Assembly (NCBI GenBank): GCA_951406725.2
Contig: OX597822.1
Coordinates: 6,758,001-6,822,000, forward strand
Source of the DNA: Octopus vulgaris
Taxonomy: Eukaryota
Direction of reading: 5' to 3'
Length of the DNA: 64,000 nt
A program made the translations under genes and the position numbers. Under the pieces are notes generated by a model. It saw only the letters and a program-made list of their open reading frames with translations, did not search any database and was not told where the DNA came from. Of the stretch, positions 1 through 13,279 are shown piece after piece (within the stretch, counting starts at the first letter, position 1; every line of letters starts with the position of its first letter).

Positions 1-66
1 GCCTCAGACCGACCAAAGCCTTGTGAGTGGATTTGGTAGACGAAAACTGAAAGAAGCCCTTCGTAT

Positions 67-119
<53 letters not shown>

Positions 120-336
120 TGTGTGTGTATACGTTTTTGTGTCTGTGTTTGTGCCCCCAACATCGCTTGACGGCCAATGCTGATGTGTTTACTTACCCCG
201 TAACTTAACGGTTCGGCACAATGACCTATATAGTAAGTAATAAGCTTACAAAGAATAGGTCCTGGGGTCGATTCGCTCGACTAAAGGCGGTGCTCCAGCA
301 TGGCCACAGTCAAATAACTGGAACAGGTAAATGAAT
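1..336 (+). mobile_element. SINE family A copy, cut by window edge, with internal (TA)n
   Basis: Body GACCAAAGCCTTGTGAGTGGATTTGGTAGACG..CTGAAAGAAGCC-(TA)n-...GGCGGTGCTCCAGCATGGCC matches full copies at 21034 and 37149. Confidence 0.85.
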
Positions 337-1438
337 AGCATAGGTACTGTTCTGTAAATTACTTATTAGAACATAAATCGCATGCCTGCTTCTCTGCTGC
401 AGTATATATACTTCAGAGGTAACCCCTAGTTGTCACACTGTGTTAAACTTTCACTGACCAAAACACTTCAGTCAATTGGCAGTTAATGACCGGCAAATCA
501 CTATGTGTAATATGACTTATATCTTTGGGTAGCATCTACTATTTCCTATTTGATTACCACTAGAAAGTATGAAAAATGGCTGATAGTTCCTTCAAGCATT
601 GCCCTTGTTCAAGCCCTAAAGAATCTCTCATGACCATGATGCCTCTCCACCCCGCATCCCATCTACTGCTCATGATCAGGGATGCACATGTTTCAACTAA
701 GGAACATGCTGGAGAGGTTAGGGTCTAGCAAATCTGTGGTGGGTTTGAGCAGAATATTTGGTATAAAGATATTTCTGTTGCAGGAACTAAGCACTTCATC
801 TTTGAAATGTAATTGAAAACAGAACTGTTTCAAAACAATGATGTCCAGGCAAGGAGAGCAAAATTTGAAGGGAACAGTAGTCATTTTCTTTGATGTCTAG
901 ATAGAAGCAAAACGGAAATAATACTCACCAAATAAAATTTTTCTTACACAGTGTTATTGATGAACACATCAAAAGACCGGTTAAGGGTTATTTCTCCTGT
1001 CTGTTCTCTGTAGTTGTATTAAGTGGTTCCTCTTGTAGCAGACCCACTTTAACAATACCACACACATGACACTTATTTCGACATTACTGGCGTGTAATAT
1101 TCAGTGATTTAGGAAGAACACCAGAATAATGCAATAGACATCAATCTTCCACTTCTCAGATGTAATCCACATGTTTCTGGCAGGATGAGCTCAGTTAAAG
1201 CTGTAAGGGACAACAACTGCATCAATTTCGCCATCAGATCCATTAAAACCCACTAATTTATATATATATGGACGGTGCTGAGTTGTAAAATATTTCAACC
1301 AAATTTTCTCAAAAAATGTCCGACCGTCCCTTTGAGAAAGACTGATTTAATCTAAACTTGAGACACCAGCAAAAGAAGAAATATAGATAGACTTTTTTCT
1401 ATTCCTAAGAAAAACGATTTTATTCACACAAATACGCA

Positions 1439-1606
<168 letters not shown>

Positions 1607-1639
1607 AATCCCACCGCACAAAAATAAAGAAGGAAAAAT

Positions 1640-1860
1640 AACGAAGCCAAAATATACAGAGGACGAGGTACAAATGTGAACTCTGTATTACTGAAAGATT
1701 AAACATTATATAATCAAATTGGTGTGAAGCTGGCTCGCACCTCTCTCCAGAATTATAATGCATAAATATCGAGTAAAACCAATGTTTGCAAGGGCAGTCA
1801 GCATCGGAAAATTTACTTAATATCGCAGAGTTGTGTAGACGGACAATAATGAAAGTCTCT
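1640..1860 (+). pseudogene. Degenerate PLE GIY-YIG C-terminal fragment
   Basis: With one frameshift reads [19 protein letters not shown], the same Y..G...CxLCxxE motif as the PLE ORFs at 14948 (YDKGKEFCLLCNSE) and 61869 (YTGGHTCCDLCISE). Confidence 0.45.
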
Positions 1861-3179
1861 TTTAAGCATAGCTTGCATTTGCCTATCTTTGTATTATAAG
1901 GTTGAGCTTCTTTTATAATGGATCAAGCCATTGTATATTGTATGTTTTGTGATTTAAGATCATGTATGTGTGTGGTTAATGATGTGGAGAATTTGTACTT
2001 TATCGTATTGAAAGAATTTCACTGAGCGCTATATCCTCATTTAAAATCTATAGTTCTACCTATGTAGGTCCTTGCATGGTGTTTACTTAGTGTTTCTACA
2101 AGACATTTATAAACCACATTTTTACGCAGAGAGAAGCCCATAAGAGGTCATGCATTAGGTATACGACAATTACAGGTTTTATTTATTGTCCTACAAGTAT
2201 ACAAACATATGTCCTCTGATAACATATATGGCACATCTATTAAAACTTTGAAATTACTATCAACCTATCCGTTGGAAAAGTTAACTAAATTAACTACGTA
2301 CATTACTAAAGTTATTGAGCTCTTCAAATTAATGTGAAATTCCATTTATATATCACTTTACATGCCATATATGTGTGTGAATGTGTGTGTGTGTGTGTCC
2401 GTGCGCGCGTGCTTGTGTGCGTGCATGTATGTACGTATATTCATACACGTGTGTTTGTGTGGACCAGAAAAGGTTTGGTAGTCAATTTAAATCGTAACAT
2501 GACAATTATTTTGAAGTTCAAGTTACACAAGTCGTTTCGCTGAAGATTTTTTTTCTAGCCGATGCTTGGACGATTATATTAAAGGGAACATCGTTCTGAA
2601 TATTAAAGGACTACAGAGAAAATTTTCAAAAGCATACGAAACAAAAAAATCTAAACGGAAATTAGTAAAAAGTTATTAAATCGTTGCTAAAATAGAATAT
2701 ATACTTTTTATATATTCTTGAAAAAATTAATATGTTCGTATGACAGAAATTTTATATTTAGATGCTTAACAAAAGAAGCATTCCTTATACACTAATGACA
2801 ATATGCCTAAATGCCTGAAATAGCCTGATATGGCTTTTAATAAAATTAATTCTACCCCCCCACCGCTACTACTACAACTACTACTACTACTGAAAAATAA
2901 TAAAAATAGTAATATTATTATTATTATTATTAATAATAATAATAATAATTGAAGTCGTTAAATTAAATCACAAATTCGATGTCGGCGACTAAAGCGGAAG
3001 CCCTACAGGCTTGCTCTGCGAGGAGGCTTTTTTTTCTTTGAATCATAAATGGGATGACAGCGGCTAAACCGGCTACCCCACAGCGCTTTCTCTGTGCTGA
3101 TCGTGTTTCTTTGCAATTTGGTCACCGTGCAGATGGAAAAGCAAAACCTGTTTATAAGTGGATGAACTTTGAGAGGTCA

Positions 3180-3400
3180 ACGCTCTGGGAGCGTTAATTA
3201 AAAGTTGAATGCATGGCTTGAGAAGCTAAGAATTAACGTCGAATTGAGGATATTTCAGAAAAACAACTTCGTTAGAAACTGTGAAAATTTCAAGGAGGGG
3301 ACGTTAGACTGTTGAAGGGAAAGGAATACCTCAAATGAGATTTGGCCGTTCGATATAGCTGGCTCTTTTTGGTATAGTGTTGTATAAGAGAAAATGCGTG
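3180..3400 (+). mobile_element. Old Dong/R4-type 3' end
   Basis: Frameshifted ALG..KLNAWLEKLRINVELRIFQK/TTSLETVKISRR resembles the adjacent element's C-terminus GALG...IQKIVLMGTAHILRK. It ends at (AAT)n. Confidence 0.5.
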
Positions 3401-3424
3401 AATAATAATAATAATAATAATGAC

Positions 3425-3479
<55 letters not shown>

Positions 3480-5922
3480 TATGGAAGTCTCCAGGAAAGG
3501 ATAAAATTCCTAACTTCTGTTTGAATGCCTTCCCAGAGAGCCATGAACTGCTAACAGATCTTTACAACGATGTTTTGCGACACCCTAGTAGGATGCCTCC
3601 TTGGCTAGTTAATGGGTTAACATTCCTGCTTCCAAAAAGTGAAGACACAAATGAACCAAAAACTATAGACCCATAACCTGCTTAACAACTATGTATAAAA
3701 CGCTAACATCTGTCCTGACGGAATATGCCTATAGTTTTTTAACAGACAGCAACATATTCCCTAATGAACAGAAAGGATGTAAACGTGGATCCTACGGCTG
3801 TAAAGATCAACTATGCATCAATAAAATGATCTTAGAAGATTGTCACAAACGACACAAAAACTTGTCAATAGCCCGGATAGACTATAAAAAACGCTTTTGA
3901 TAGCCTACCACATAGCCTGGAAAGAAATGCCTGGAAATGCACCTACTGTCCGAAACTTTTTGTGTGTAAGTATGAGATCATGGAGAACCACACTAATTTT
4001 GAACAGTGACAATGAATCTCTAAATGCTGCTGATGTAAAAATTTCATGTGGCATTTTCCAGGGTGACTCACTATCACCACTTCTCTTTTGTTTAGCCTTA
4101 ATACCTCTCTCAAAATTGCTCAATGACGCACAGTACGGATATAAAATGTTGGATAAAAATATAATTCATCTCTTTTACATAGATGATTTAAAGCTCTGTG
4201 TAAAAAAGGACAAACCACTCAAGGGCTTACTAGCGAATGTTAAACAATTCAGTGACGACACCAGAATGCAATTTGGCCTCGATAAATGTGCAGAAGCTAC
4301 CTTTATCAAAGGAAAAAATGACAGAAACATCTAACGTTAACCTTGACCAGCAGAATGTCCTAAAATAATTAGACCCAGCGGAGAGCTACAAGTACCTAGT
4401 GGTACTTGAAGGGAACGGAATAAGGCATTCAGAGATGGAGGAAAGGATCAGGAGAGAATGCTATCGAAGAGTGAGAGCAATACTCAAGACAGAGATGAAT
4501 GCAAGAAACAGGATCGAAGCGATCAATGCTCTAGCCATACCAGTCGTGACTTACAGTTTGAATATCGTTAACTGGTCAATTACTGAAATAAGAAACCTTG
4601 ACAGAAAAATACGAAAACTGTTGACAATGCATAGAATGTACCACCCTAAGGCAGATATAGAACGACTTTATCTGCCAAGAAAAGATGGAGGTCGGGGACT
4701 TTTACAACTGGCAATAACAATGAAGATTGCTACAATTGGCCTAGACACCTACCTTAAAAACTCTGAGGACTGGATGTTAAAACTTGTCTCAAAACATGAA
4801 AACAAGAAAGCATCATACTCAGTAACAATCCAGGCAAAGGAATATCTAAGTGAATTCCGAATGCAACAAATTTCGGAATTAGACATACAAGAAACAAGCA
4901 CGGAAAAAGCTAAACGCATGAAAACCCGCGCTAAATCTGCGGCCTTAGATATTCTGAATGATAAATGGCAAGAAAAACCTCTCTATGGCAAATACCCAAA
5001 GAGAGCGAATAATACAGATGTTGACAAAGCCCTGACCCATCAATGGCTAATGGCCTCTGGTTTAAAATCTGAAACAGAGGGGTTTATCATAGCAGCTCAA
5101 GATCAATGCCTACCAACAAGGAACTACCAGGCCAACATATTAAAGAACGGCTGTAGCCCAACATGTCGTGTATATCAACAACAAAATGAAACCATTGATC
5201 ATGTTGTCTCCAAGTGCAGTCTTCTAGAGCCTACAGAGTATCTCAACAGGCATGGTAGAGCTGCACAATATATTCACTGGGTAATCTGCAAAAACCTGGA
5301 TTTGCCCCATGAAAAAAACTGGTGGGAACACAAACCACCTCCAGTGCTTGAAAATGACCGCATCTCACTCCTCTGGAACTTCCCCATTCAAACTGACAGA
5401 AAGATAGATGCAAATAGGCTAGACATCATATTGAAAGACTTCAAACAAAGAACATGCCTCCTCATTGATATGACTGTCCCAATCGATATAAACGTATCTG
5501 TCAAGACCTACCAAAAACTGAGCAAATATAAAGATCATGAAATAGAAATCAGCAAAATGTGGAAGCTGAAGACTAAAACAATACCTGTTGTCATAGGTGC
5601 CCTGGGAATGAGAGCGAAATGGGCTGATCGCTACCGAACTCAGATACCAGGAAACCCCAAAATGGCAGAAATTCAAAAGATAGTGCTCATGGGAACTGCT
5701 CATATCCTACGCAAAATACTTTCTATGTAATCTCAAGTTTTAAAACAAACATATTTTTCGATTTTTTTTTTTGACATTCACTAGTACAACACTAAATACA
5801 AAACCAAATATATGGCACACTAGGCATAACAATATCACGAACTTCCAGCTTGTTGTCTCTTGAGGTCTCGGGGTGAGACTTGGAACCAACTTGTACAAAT
5901 ATAAAGCAAAAGTCAAACATAG
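3480..5922 (+). mobile_element. 5'-truncated R4/Dong-clade non-LTR retrotransposon (RT plus restriction-like endonuclease)
   Basis: Frameshifted ORFs carry WKSPGKD, YRPITCL, EQKGC, DYKKAFD, GIFQGDSLSPLLF, YIDD, FGLDKC, a CCHC knuckle and RH/PD..D/K..KY-type motifs. (AAT)n flanks both sides (3401-3478, 5923-6005). Confidence 0.92.
4399..5730 (+). pseudogene. Dong/R4 ORF C-terminal part (thumb, CCHC, restriction-like endonuclease), probably inactive
   Basis: 443-aa open frame. CRVY..ETIDHVVSKC, YLNRHG, ANRLDII, LLIDMTVP and KLSKY depart from the usual CRxC, RHD and RPD. Upstream frameshifts are present. Confidence 0.88.
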
Positions 5923-5964
5923 AATAATAATAATATTAATAATGATGATAATATTAATAATAAC

Positions 5965-6001
<37 letters not shown>

Positions 6002-6024
6002 TTAATAAAAATATACATGTATAT

Positions 6025-6118
<94 letters not shown>

Positions 6119-6120
<2 letters not shown>

Positions 6121-6188
6121 CTAATACAATCGTTTGTTTGTATTCCACCTGCCTTCGTCTTTTGTTTATTTCCATAAAGCCTCCCGTT
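6119..6188 (+). mobile_element. 3' fragment of the ~185-nt HHR-like element, between (TA)n tracts
   Basis: CTAATACA..TTTGTTTG..CCACCTGCCTTCGTCTTTTGTTT matches 22273-22340. Confidence 0.65.
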
Positions 6189-6214
6189 ATATATATATAT
6201 ATCTGTATCTATCC

Positions 6215-6246
<32 letters not shown>

Positions 6247-6389
6247 ACATATATGCACGTTTGCGTGTACATCGTCCATCTTTTCGTTGTTACATTCATA
6301 CACAGATGCACACACACACACGCACATATATATGTACATGCATACATATATACTTGCTTGCGTGTATATATATATATATATATATGCAT

Positions 6390-7260
6390 GTTAGTGATCA
6401 GATGATGAATATTCTCGTACGGAATTTTTTGCCAAGTTTCATGCAGTAATTTCAAATGGTCTAGCTTTTAAGATATTTTCTTTTTCTTTTTAAAAAGTGC
6501 CCTATCCATTATGTCCCAGAGGTATTCAATAGGGTGTATACCCGGTGACTGGCTTGGCCATGGAAACTTTTTAATGCCATTCTTATCCAACAAATCTTGG
6601 GTCATTTTAGCCGTATGACACGGAACGATATCTTACATAAATAGTCTTCTATAATCATTTCACCACTGGAATGTTACCCACACATTCCAGCCGGTCTAAT
6701 CAACCATTGCTCCAAATTGCTCCTCAGACCATCACAAAATAGCTGTTGTGTTTCATTGTTGACTGCAATCTTAACACATCAAATTCTTAATCACAGAATC
6801 ACTAGACCCATACTCGTCTACTGTCAAGAAATACAGCCAATCTGGACTCATCAGCGAATATGACACTGTCCAAAATAATAGTGGCCTCTTCACCATCTCA
6901 CTGGTGAAATCTTTTCGCTGCTTTATGTTGATCAGTCAAAGAAGTGGATTCCTTCTTGCTGGTCTGCCATAGTAACCAAGTTTGTGGAGATACCAGACAG
7001 CTGTTCTGGGACAGATATCAACTTATTTTGCTATGTCAGGGGCCTTGACAAATACAAGGGTCCTGTTATAATGCCCTGGTTCATCTGGGCGAGGTGATGT
7101 GGACTGCTTCCCCTCTCTGGTGAATTGCACAATCACGCTTTTAATTGTAGAAAGCGGGATCCCAAGGTTTTCTGCGATTTTACTTCTGTCCACCTTCAGA
7201 ATGACTCTCAATTCGGTCTTTCTGAAATTCAAACAGTTCCAAGGCTTCTTTTGTACATAG
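6390..7260 (-). pseudogene. Tc1-family transposase fossil
   Basis: Minus strand reads SKIAENLGIPLSTIKSVI (HTH), DSVIFADESRF, WPSQSPGIHPIEYLWDIM (compare WPxQSPDLNPIE) and LHETWQKIP. Confidence 0.8.
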
Positions 7261-7469
7261 CATGATCAATCACTTGCGTACAGAATCTGAAACTTAAGAA
7301 CTGTCAATTAATAAAAAAATATAAATCCTTACAAGTTAGAATATACATAAAACAACATTTTATGACGTGTCTATTTACTTCTGTCATGTCTGTGCACACA
7401 CACACAGGCACACACACACAGATACATATATATATATATATATATATATACAAGCATGCGTACATACGT

Positions 7470-7500
<31 letters not shown>

Positions 7501-8084
7501 TATCAGGAACGAAGACCGTTTACACACTGTGTCAACAGCCATGACAATTGATAAAAATATCGTGTTAAGCCATTTTCACTCGTTGTCCATTTTCTTTAAT
7601 TTCCTTTTCTTCTGCTTTTCTTCACATTTTCCGTTGCCTTCAACACATATTTTCAATTTCCCTTGTGTACAAATATTTATTTATAGAACATATTAGCATA
7701 ACTTAAAATAGTAAAACTATAATTGAACGCACATTTTCCGATATATTTTTTATGTGAAGGAAATATATATAAACAGGAATTACTGGTCTTTTTTTTTTAC
7801 CATTGATTTGATTTCTCACAATAATATGCGATGATTTATGTTATGATGTGGAATACGAAATAATTCGCAACCGGACTTTAAAACTTCGCCATAATTGCGT
7901 GCATTTCTTAGATATGAGTATCCAAATCGTGTCCATACGATCTTGTTTTCCATTCTTATTTATGAATGCAAGTAACATAAATCAATGGCGTTAGAGCGGT
8001 TGGAATATATACTTAAGTGTATGGGTTTACTTTAGAATTATTGCTTACTGCATAATCTAATGTATGCTACAGTCGCCTTGAACA

Positions 8085-8910
<826 letters not shown>

Positions 8911-10563
8911 AAAGTATAAATTTATGTACATGAATTTGGTTGTTCCATATTTAAAGGTCAGGCACTGTAAATTTACTCCGATTCAGGAAAAAGATACTGC
9001 ATAAAAGTCTACCCGTAAACACTTAACATTTACAGGATAAGCTTTGTTATTTAGAAATTCAATAAATACCTCATTATAACACGCATAATGTTAATTCAAA
9101 GGAACTTAATACATTTTCACAAAAGTTCATTAAATCACTTGAAGCAGAGTACAAATGCAATACGATGCTTAAAATAAACTTTTCCTTCAATGTTTTATAA
9201 CAAAAGGATATCATAAAAATATAATTCTATATTTTCATTACTTGATTAAATACTTAAAATGAAATTTCTGTTTAAAGTGGATGACTCTTAAGTCTTCTTC
9301 CATGTTAAAATTTTTACTTTGATATCTTAAGTCTTGTAAAAGTTTTCCTGTTTCAAAACGCTTATATTTGTGTAAGCTTTCAAAATACAGCTTCTATAGT
9401 ATCAAAATTAACTCTATTCTTCCAAGAATATTCACCTATGAGTCCTTCTCGAATTCCAAATCTGTGAATCATTTACAAACAAATATTCTTCGAAAATAGA
9501 ATACTTTTATCGTTACATCTATATCTGCCTTGTTTCATGGTGTACTTCTTATGAATATTCCCTCATAGATCTTTGGTTTCGTACTTTAATTCCTGACCTC
9601 TTGGAGAGTGAGAGTGAGAGTAAAATTATTTATGTTTGCTAATTTACGTACATTATCTTTTAATGATTGACTGATGGCATCAATTTATTTTAAAAGATGC
9701 TGTTGAACATCCTTAGCTAGTGTAATTGGTTTGTCGTGCTAAAAACGAATATTGAATGCCCTCAAACAGTGAGATCAGTACGATTAAGAAGAGACTATAA
9801 TGATCCAACTTTTGGTTTGCAAATAGCCCAGGGCCCTCATTAGGCATTTTGCATAGCTGCAGTGCCTTGCTTGATATCTGAACGAATAAGCTTTGATTTC
9901 TCTTAGAAAAATCAAATCTAATTTGAATATCACGTGGCAATTGATTCCGAGTTGATTAGCTAAAAAGTGCTTTTCCCATTTTGAATTATTGACGAGGTTT
10001 AATCTCGAAAATCATTATCGGGATTACTTTTATGGAACATTGGCCCTTTGGGGCTGAACACGTTTATAAACATAATATTCAGCTAAAATACCTGATGCGT
10101 TGTACGTTAAAAGCAGCACGGAAGACTCTTGTTAAGAGATAATGCAAGTATTCACCAAATATTTTCTTTTCCGATTTAACAGATGCGCAACAATGACGCA
10201 TTCTCCAGAAATCCTTTCGGTATTATAAGCTGTGTTAAAGCATATAATTCTAATTTCCAGATGCTTAAAGCACTGAAAAATTTATGGGCCATACGTTTAT
10301 TACTTCAGTTGGGCACCTTTTTAATCACTGGCAGCTTTGAGTTATTCATTGAAGAAACCCAAGTTGGAAGTATTTAAAGCATTTTATACATTACCAAATA
10401 AACACGGCAGGAGCTTACAATCTAGGTGCACTTGATAGTTCCTTATACTCTAGCAGCTTTATCACTTTGGTGTGCTTGAGAATTCCATAAACCAGCTGTT
10501 CACTTTATGATGATTCTTGTAGATCTTGCATTTAGGAAGCTCTTAAAATTTCTTAAACTAACA

Positions 10564-10963
10564 GGCGCACGAATTGCTGTGTGGTAAGAAGCTTGCTTCC
10601 TAACCACATGGTTCCCGTTTCAGTCCCACGACGTTGCACCTCGGGTTAGTGTCTTCTACTATAGCTTCGGGCCGACCAAAGCCATGTGAGCGAATTTGGT
10701 CAACGGAAACTGAACGAAGTCCATCGTATATGTATATATATGTATGTGTGTGTGTGATTGTGTCTGAGTTTGATCCCACATGAACACTTGACAATCGTTG
10801 TTGGTGTGTCTACGTCCCGGTAACTTAACGGGTCGGCAAAGGGAGCTGGTAGAATAAATACAAGGCTAAAAGTAAGTCTTGGGGTCGATTTCTTCAGCTA
10901 AAACCCATCAAGGCAGTGCTCCAGCATGGCCTCATTCAAATGATTGAAACAAGTAAAAGCATA
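10564..10963 (+). mobile_element. SINE family A, full length
   Basis: Degenerate tRNA-like head, body and GACTGAAACAAGTAAAAG-type tail as in the other copies. Confidence 0.85.
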
Positions 10964-11019
10964 AAATAATAACCTGAGGATATTTCTGCCACAAATATTG
11001 GTTTAAAATTTTGACACAA

Positions 11020-11190
11020 TGTCAGTCAATTACATCGACTCCAGTGCTCTATTGGTACTTATTTTATCGACCCCAAAAGGATGAAAGGCAAAGTTGACCT
11101 CAGCGGAATTTGAACTCAGAACTGAAAGACGGAATAAAAGCCGCTAAGTATTTTGTCCGGTGTGCTAACAAAATTGCTAACTCACCGCTC
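11020..11190 (-). mobile_element. SINE family D (Meta/MESC-like core)
   Basis: Minus strand GAGTTCAAATTCCGC..TTTGCCTTTCATCCTTTTGGGGTCGATAAAATAAGTACC; matches 28579-28807. Confidence 0.75.
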
Positions 11191-11224
11191 TATTGCTGCC
11201 GCTAAGATTAAATCGATCTTAGGT

Positions 11225-11420
11225 TGTCATCTGGCAGAATCGTTAGCTCGCCGGGTAAAACGCTTTGCGGCACTCTGTCCGTCTTTACCTTTCTGAGGTC
11301 GACTTTGCACTTTATTCTTTCGGGGTCGTTAAAACAAGTACCAGTTGACGACTGACGTCGAAGAAATCGAATTACCCCATTTCTCGAAATTGCTGCTCTT
11401 GAACCAAAGTTTCAAAATAA
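11225..11420 (+). mobile_element. SINE family D, head-to-head with the previous copy
   Basis: CTGGCAGAATCGTTAGC...GGTCGACTTTGC..TTTCGGGGTCG..AAGTACCAG. Confidence 0.7.
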
Positions 11421-12271
11421 TATTAAGGCGATCTAAGACCGCTATGCTTTCAGTGTATTTAGTAACACGTTAGGGTATTAATCATTCATAAGAGGAGTTT
11501 GCTTGTGTTAGGATATATTTGTAGGAACTTACTTTCTTAAAGGAAGCTTATCTCGTTCAATCGTCTCTAGAGATTTAGTTTCTAAGCAATTGAATCGTCT
11601 ATGTGGGCTCTGTTATTGTAGGTAACTGTAGAATAAATAGATATATTGCAATCATTTTTTAAGTAGAATATATTTACATTGACTCATAAATTTAAATTAC
11701 AGCCTAAATTTACAGGAACAAAAGTTAGTTTTCAAATTTTAAAGAGATAATTCAATATCCAGCACACTGCAATTATGTTCTCACAAATTTATGTATATAT
11801 TATATTTTAAAATAATATCAGCTTTTGCATCACTTGCGTTCAACGCTAAAAATGTTCAATCGTGTAGCAGAAAATGACAAAAATTATATATAATTGCATT
11901 CATTGGCTCTATTGCTTATTTTGTGGTTACTTGCAATTTAAAATGAAATGAAAAGATTTTGATAAACCTTATCTAAAACTGCATGACTGGATCTCTCTTA
12001 ATTTATAACCAGCAAGAAATATATACTAGACTTCATCAAAATGAAATGTAGGCGATTAGCATTTCTAAAATCAGGACAACAATGGTCACAATTAAATGAA
12101 AATTAAGCGGATCTCAAAATTTTGTAGCTTTTGATTGCCCTAATTATATAAATTGATAGCTACGATAGTCGCAGTCATGGCAGTGTGGTAAGAAGCTTAC
12201 TTGCCAACCACATACTTCTGGGTTCAGTCTTACTACGTGTGGCCACGTGTCTTCCACTATAGCCTTGTGTG

Positions 12272-12319
<48 letters not shown>

Positions 12320-12320
<1 letters not shown>

Positions 12321-12554
12321 TGATAAAACGGTAAGATAACAAAAGAAAGAAAGAGACCTCAATATTATGTAAATAGAGGAAATTTATCTATACAATATGT
12401 TACATTACTCGGTAGTCAAGATAAAACTCTGAGTTTCAGATGCCGAAGTGGAAATCCACAACACCATCTCTTCGGTTATCTGGGTATTTGAAAACGTTAT
12501 GAAAAAATACCGTTAAAAATGAAGGAAATTACTCTGTTATAACTCTGCTTTGCC
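12320..12554 (-). mobile_element. Non-coding PLE-like terminal fragment carrying an HHR
   Basis: Homologous to 36034-36192. Contains the HHR at 12419-12481 and is bounded by (TA)n on both sides. Confidence 0.6.
12419..12481 (-). ncRNA. Type I hammerhead ribozyme motif (U4C core variant)
   Basis: AGATAA CCGAAGA GATGGTG-TT-GTGGA-TT-TCCAC-TT-CGGCATC T GAAAC TCAGA GTT TTATCT. Stem I is a perfect 6 bp and stem III is near-palindromic. Confidence 0.65.
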
Positions 12555-12649
<95 letters not shown>

Positions 12650-13232
12650 TATATATGTATGTATATGTATATGTGTGTGTGTACGAGTTTGTGTCTGTGT
12701 TTGTTCCCCACCACTGCTTGGTAACCGGTGTTGGTGAGTTTACCTCACCATAGATTAGCGGTTTGGCTATGAGTTCGATATAATATGTAGTAAAACTCTT
12801 CGATCCATTCGACTAAAAAAGTCTTCAAGGTGGTGCTCCAGCATGGCTGCACTCTAATGTCTGAACCAAGTAAAAGAAGGTAAATGGTATGCAAATACAG
12901 TAACACAGGAAGTGCTACGATCGTGGGGCGTCTATGTTATCATAATTTTCTCAACATAAACTGCTAATTGGTGAGATGGTGTCCCAACTTGATTTTATTC
13001 AGAGCATTACCAATGTTTCTTTTACGTAATAGATATGATAAATTCATATTTGCTTCATATAATATATTCATACATGCTACAGGGTAAATTTCGTAATTTT
13101 TAATTTCATAACATATGAATTATTTAAAATTAAATAAAAACAACAATTCACTACATATATATATATATGTAAATTAGCAGAATGAGATAAAAATATAAGG
13201 CTGTGAAAGATTTCAGAACATTTATAAATAGG

Positions 13233-13279
13233 TCTTACAGCTGTTTCCGGGATATTTTATATATCTCCTTCATCGGAGA
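13233..13279 (-). ncRNA. Minimal type I hammerhead-like motif
   Basis: TCT CCGATGA A GGAGATAT ATAAA ATATCCC G GAAAC AGCT GTA AGA. Palindromic AGCT in stem III; lies ~60 nt from a (TA)n tract. Confidence 0.55.

Larger units (their letters stand above)
12168..12879 (+). mobile_element. SINE family A copy split at its (TA)n by a PLE-like tail
   Basis: Head 12168-12268 (TGGCAGTGTGG, GGTTCAGTC) and 3' half ~12670-12879. A foreign piece at 12320-12554 lies between TA tracts. Confidence 0.75.

Noticed and set aside
830-1250. Coding-like minus-strand stretch (CHVCGIVKV)
   Set aside because: Stops in the frames I read and no family assignable by eye.
2981-3060. GCCTCCTCGC on the minus strand resembling an HDV ribozyme loop
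   Set aside because: No supporting P1/P2/P3 pairing, and it is antisense to the Dong elements.
4399-5730. 443-aa ORF as a host or domesticated gene
   Set aside because: It is the colinear continuation of frameshifted RT fragments within a truncated retrotransposon, with substituted zinc-knuckle and endonuclease motifs.
10183-10219. Possible small exon after a pyrimidine tract and CAG
   Set aside because: Weak donor (GTATTA), no recognisable peptide, and such sites are common by chance.
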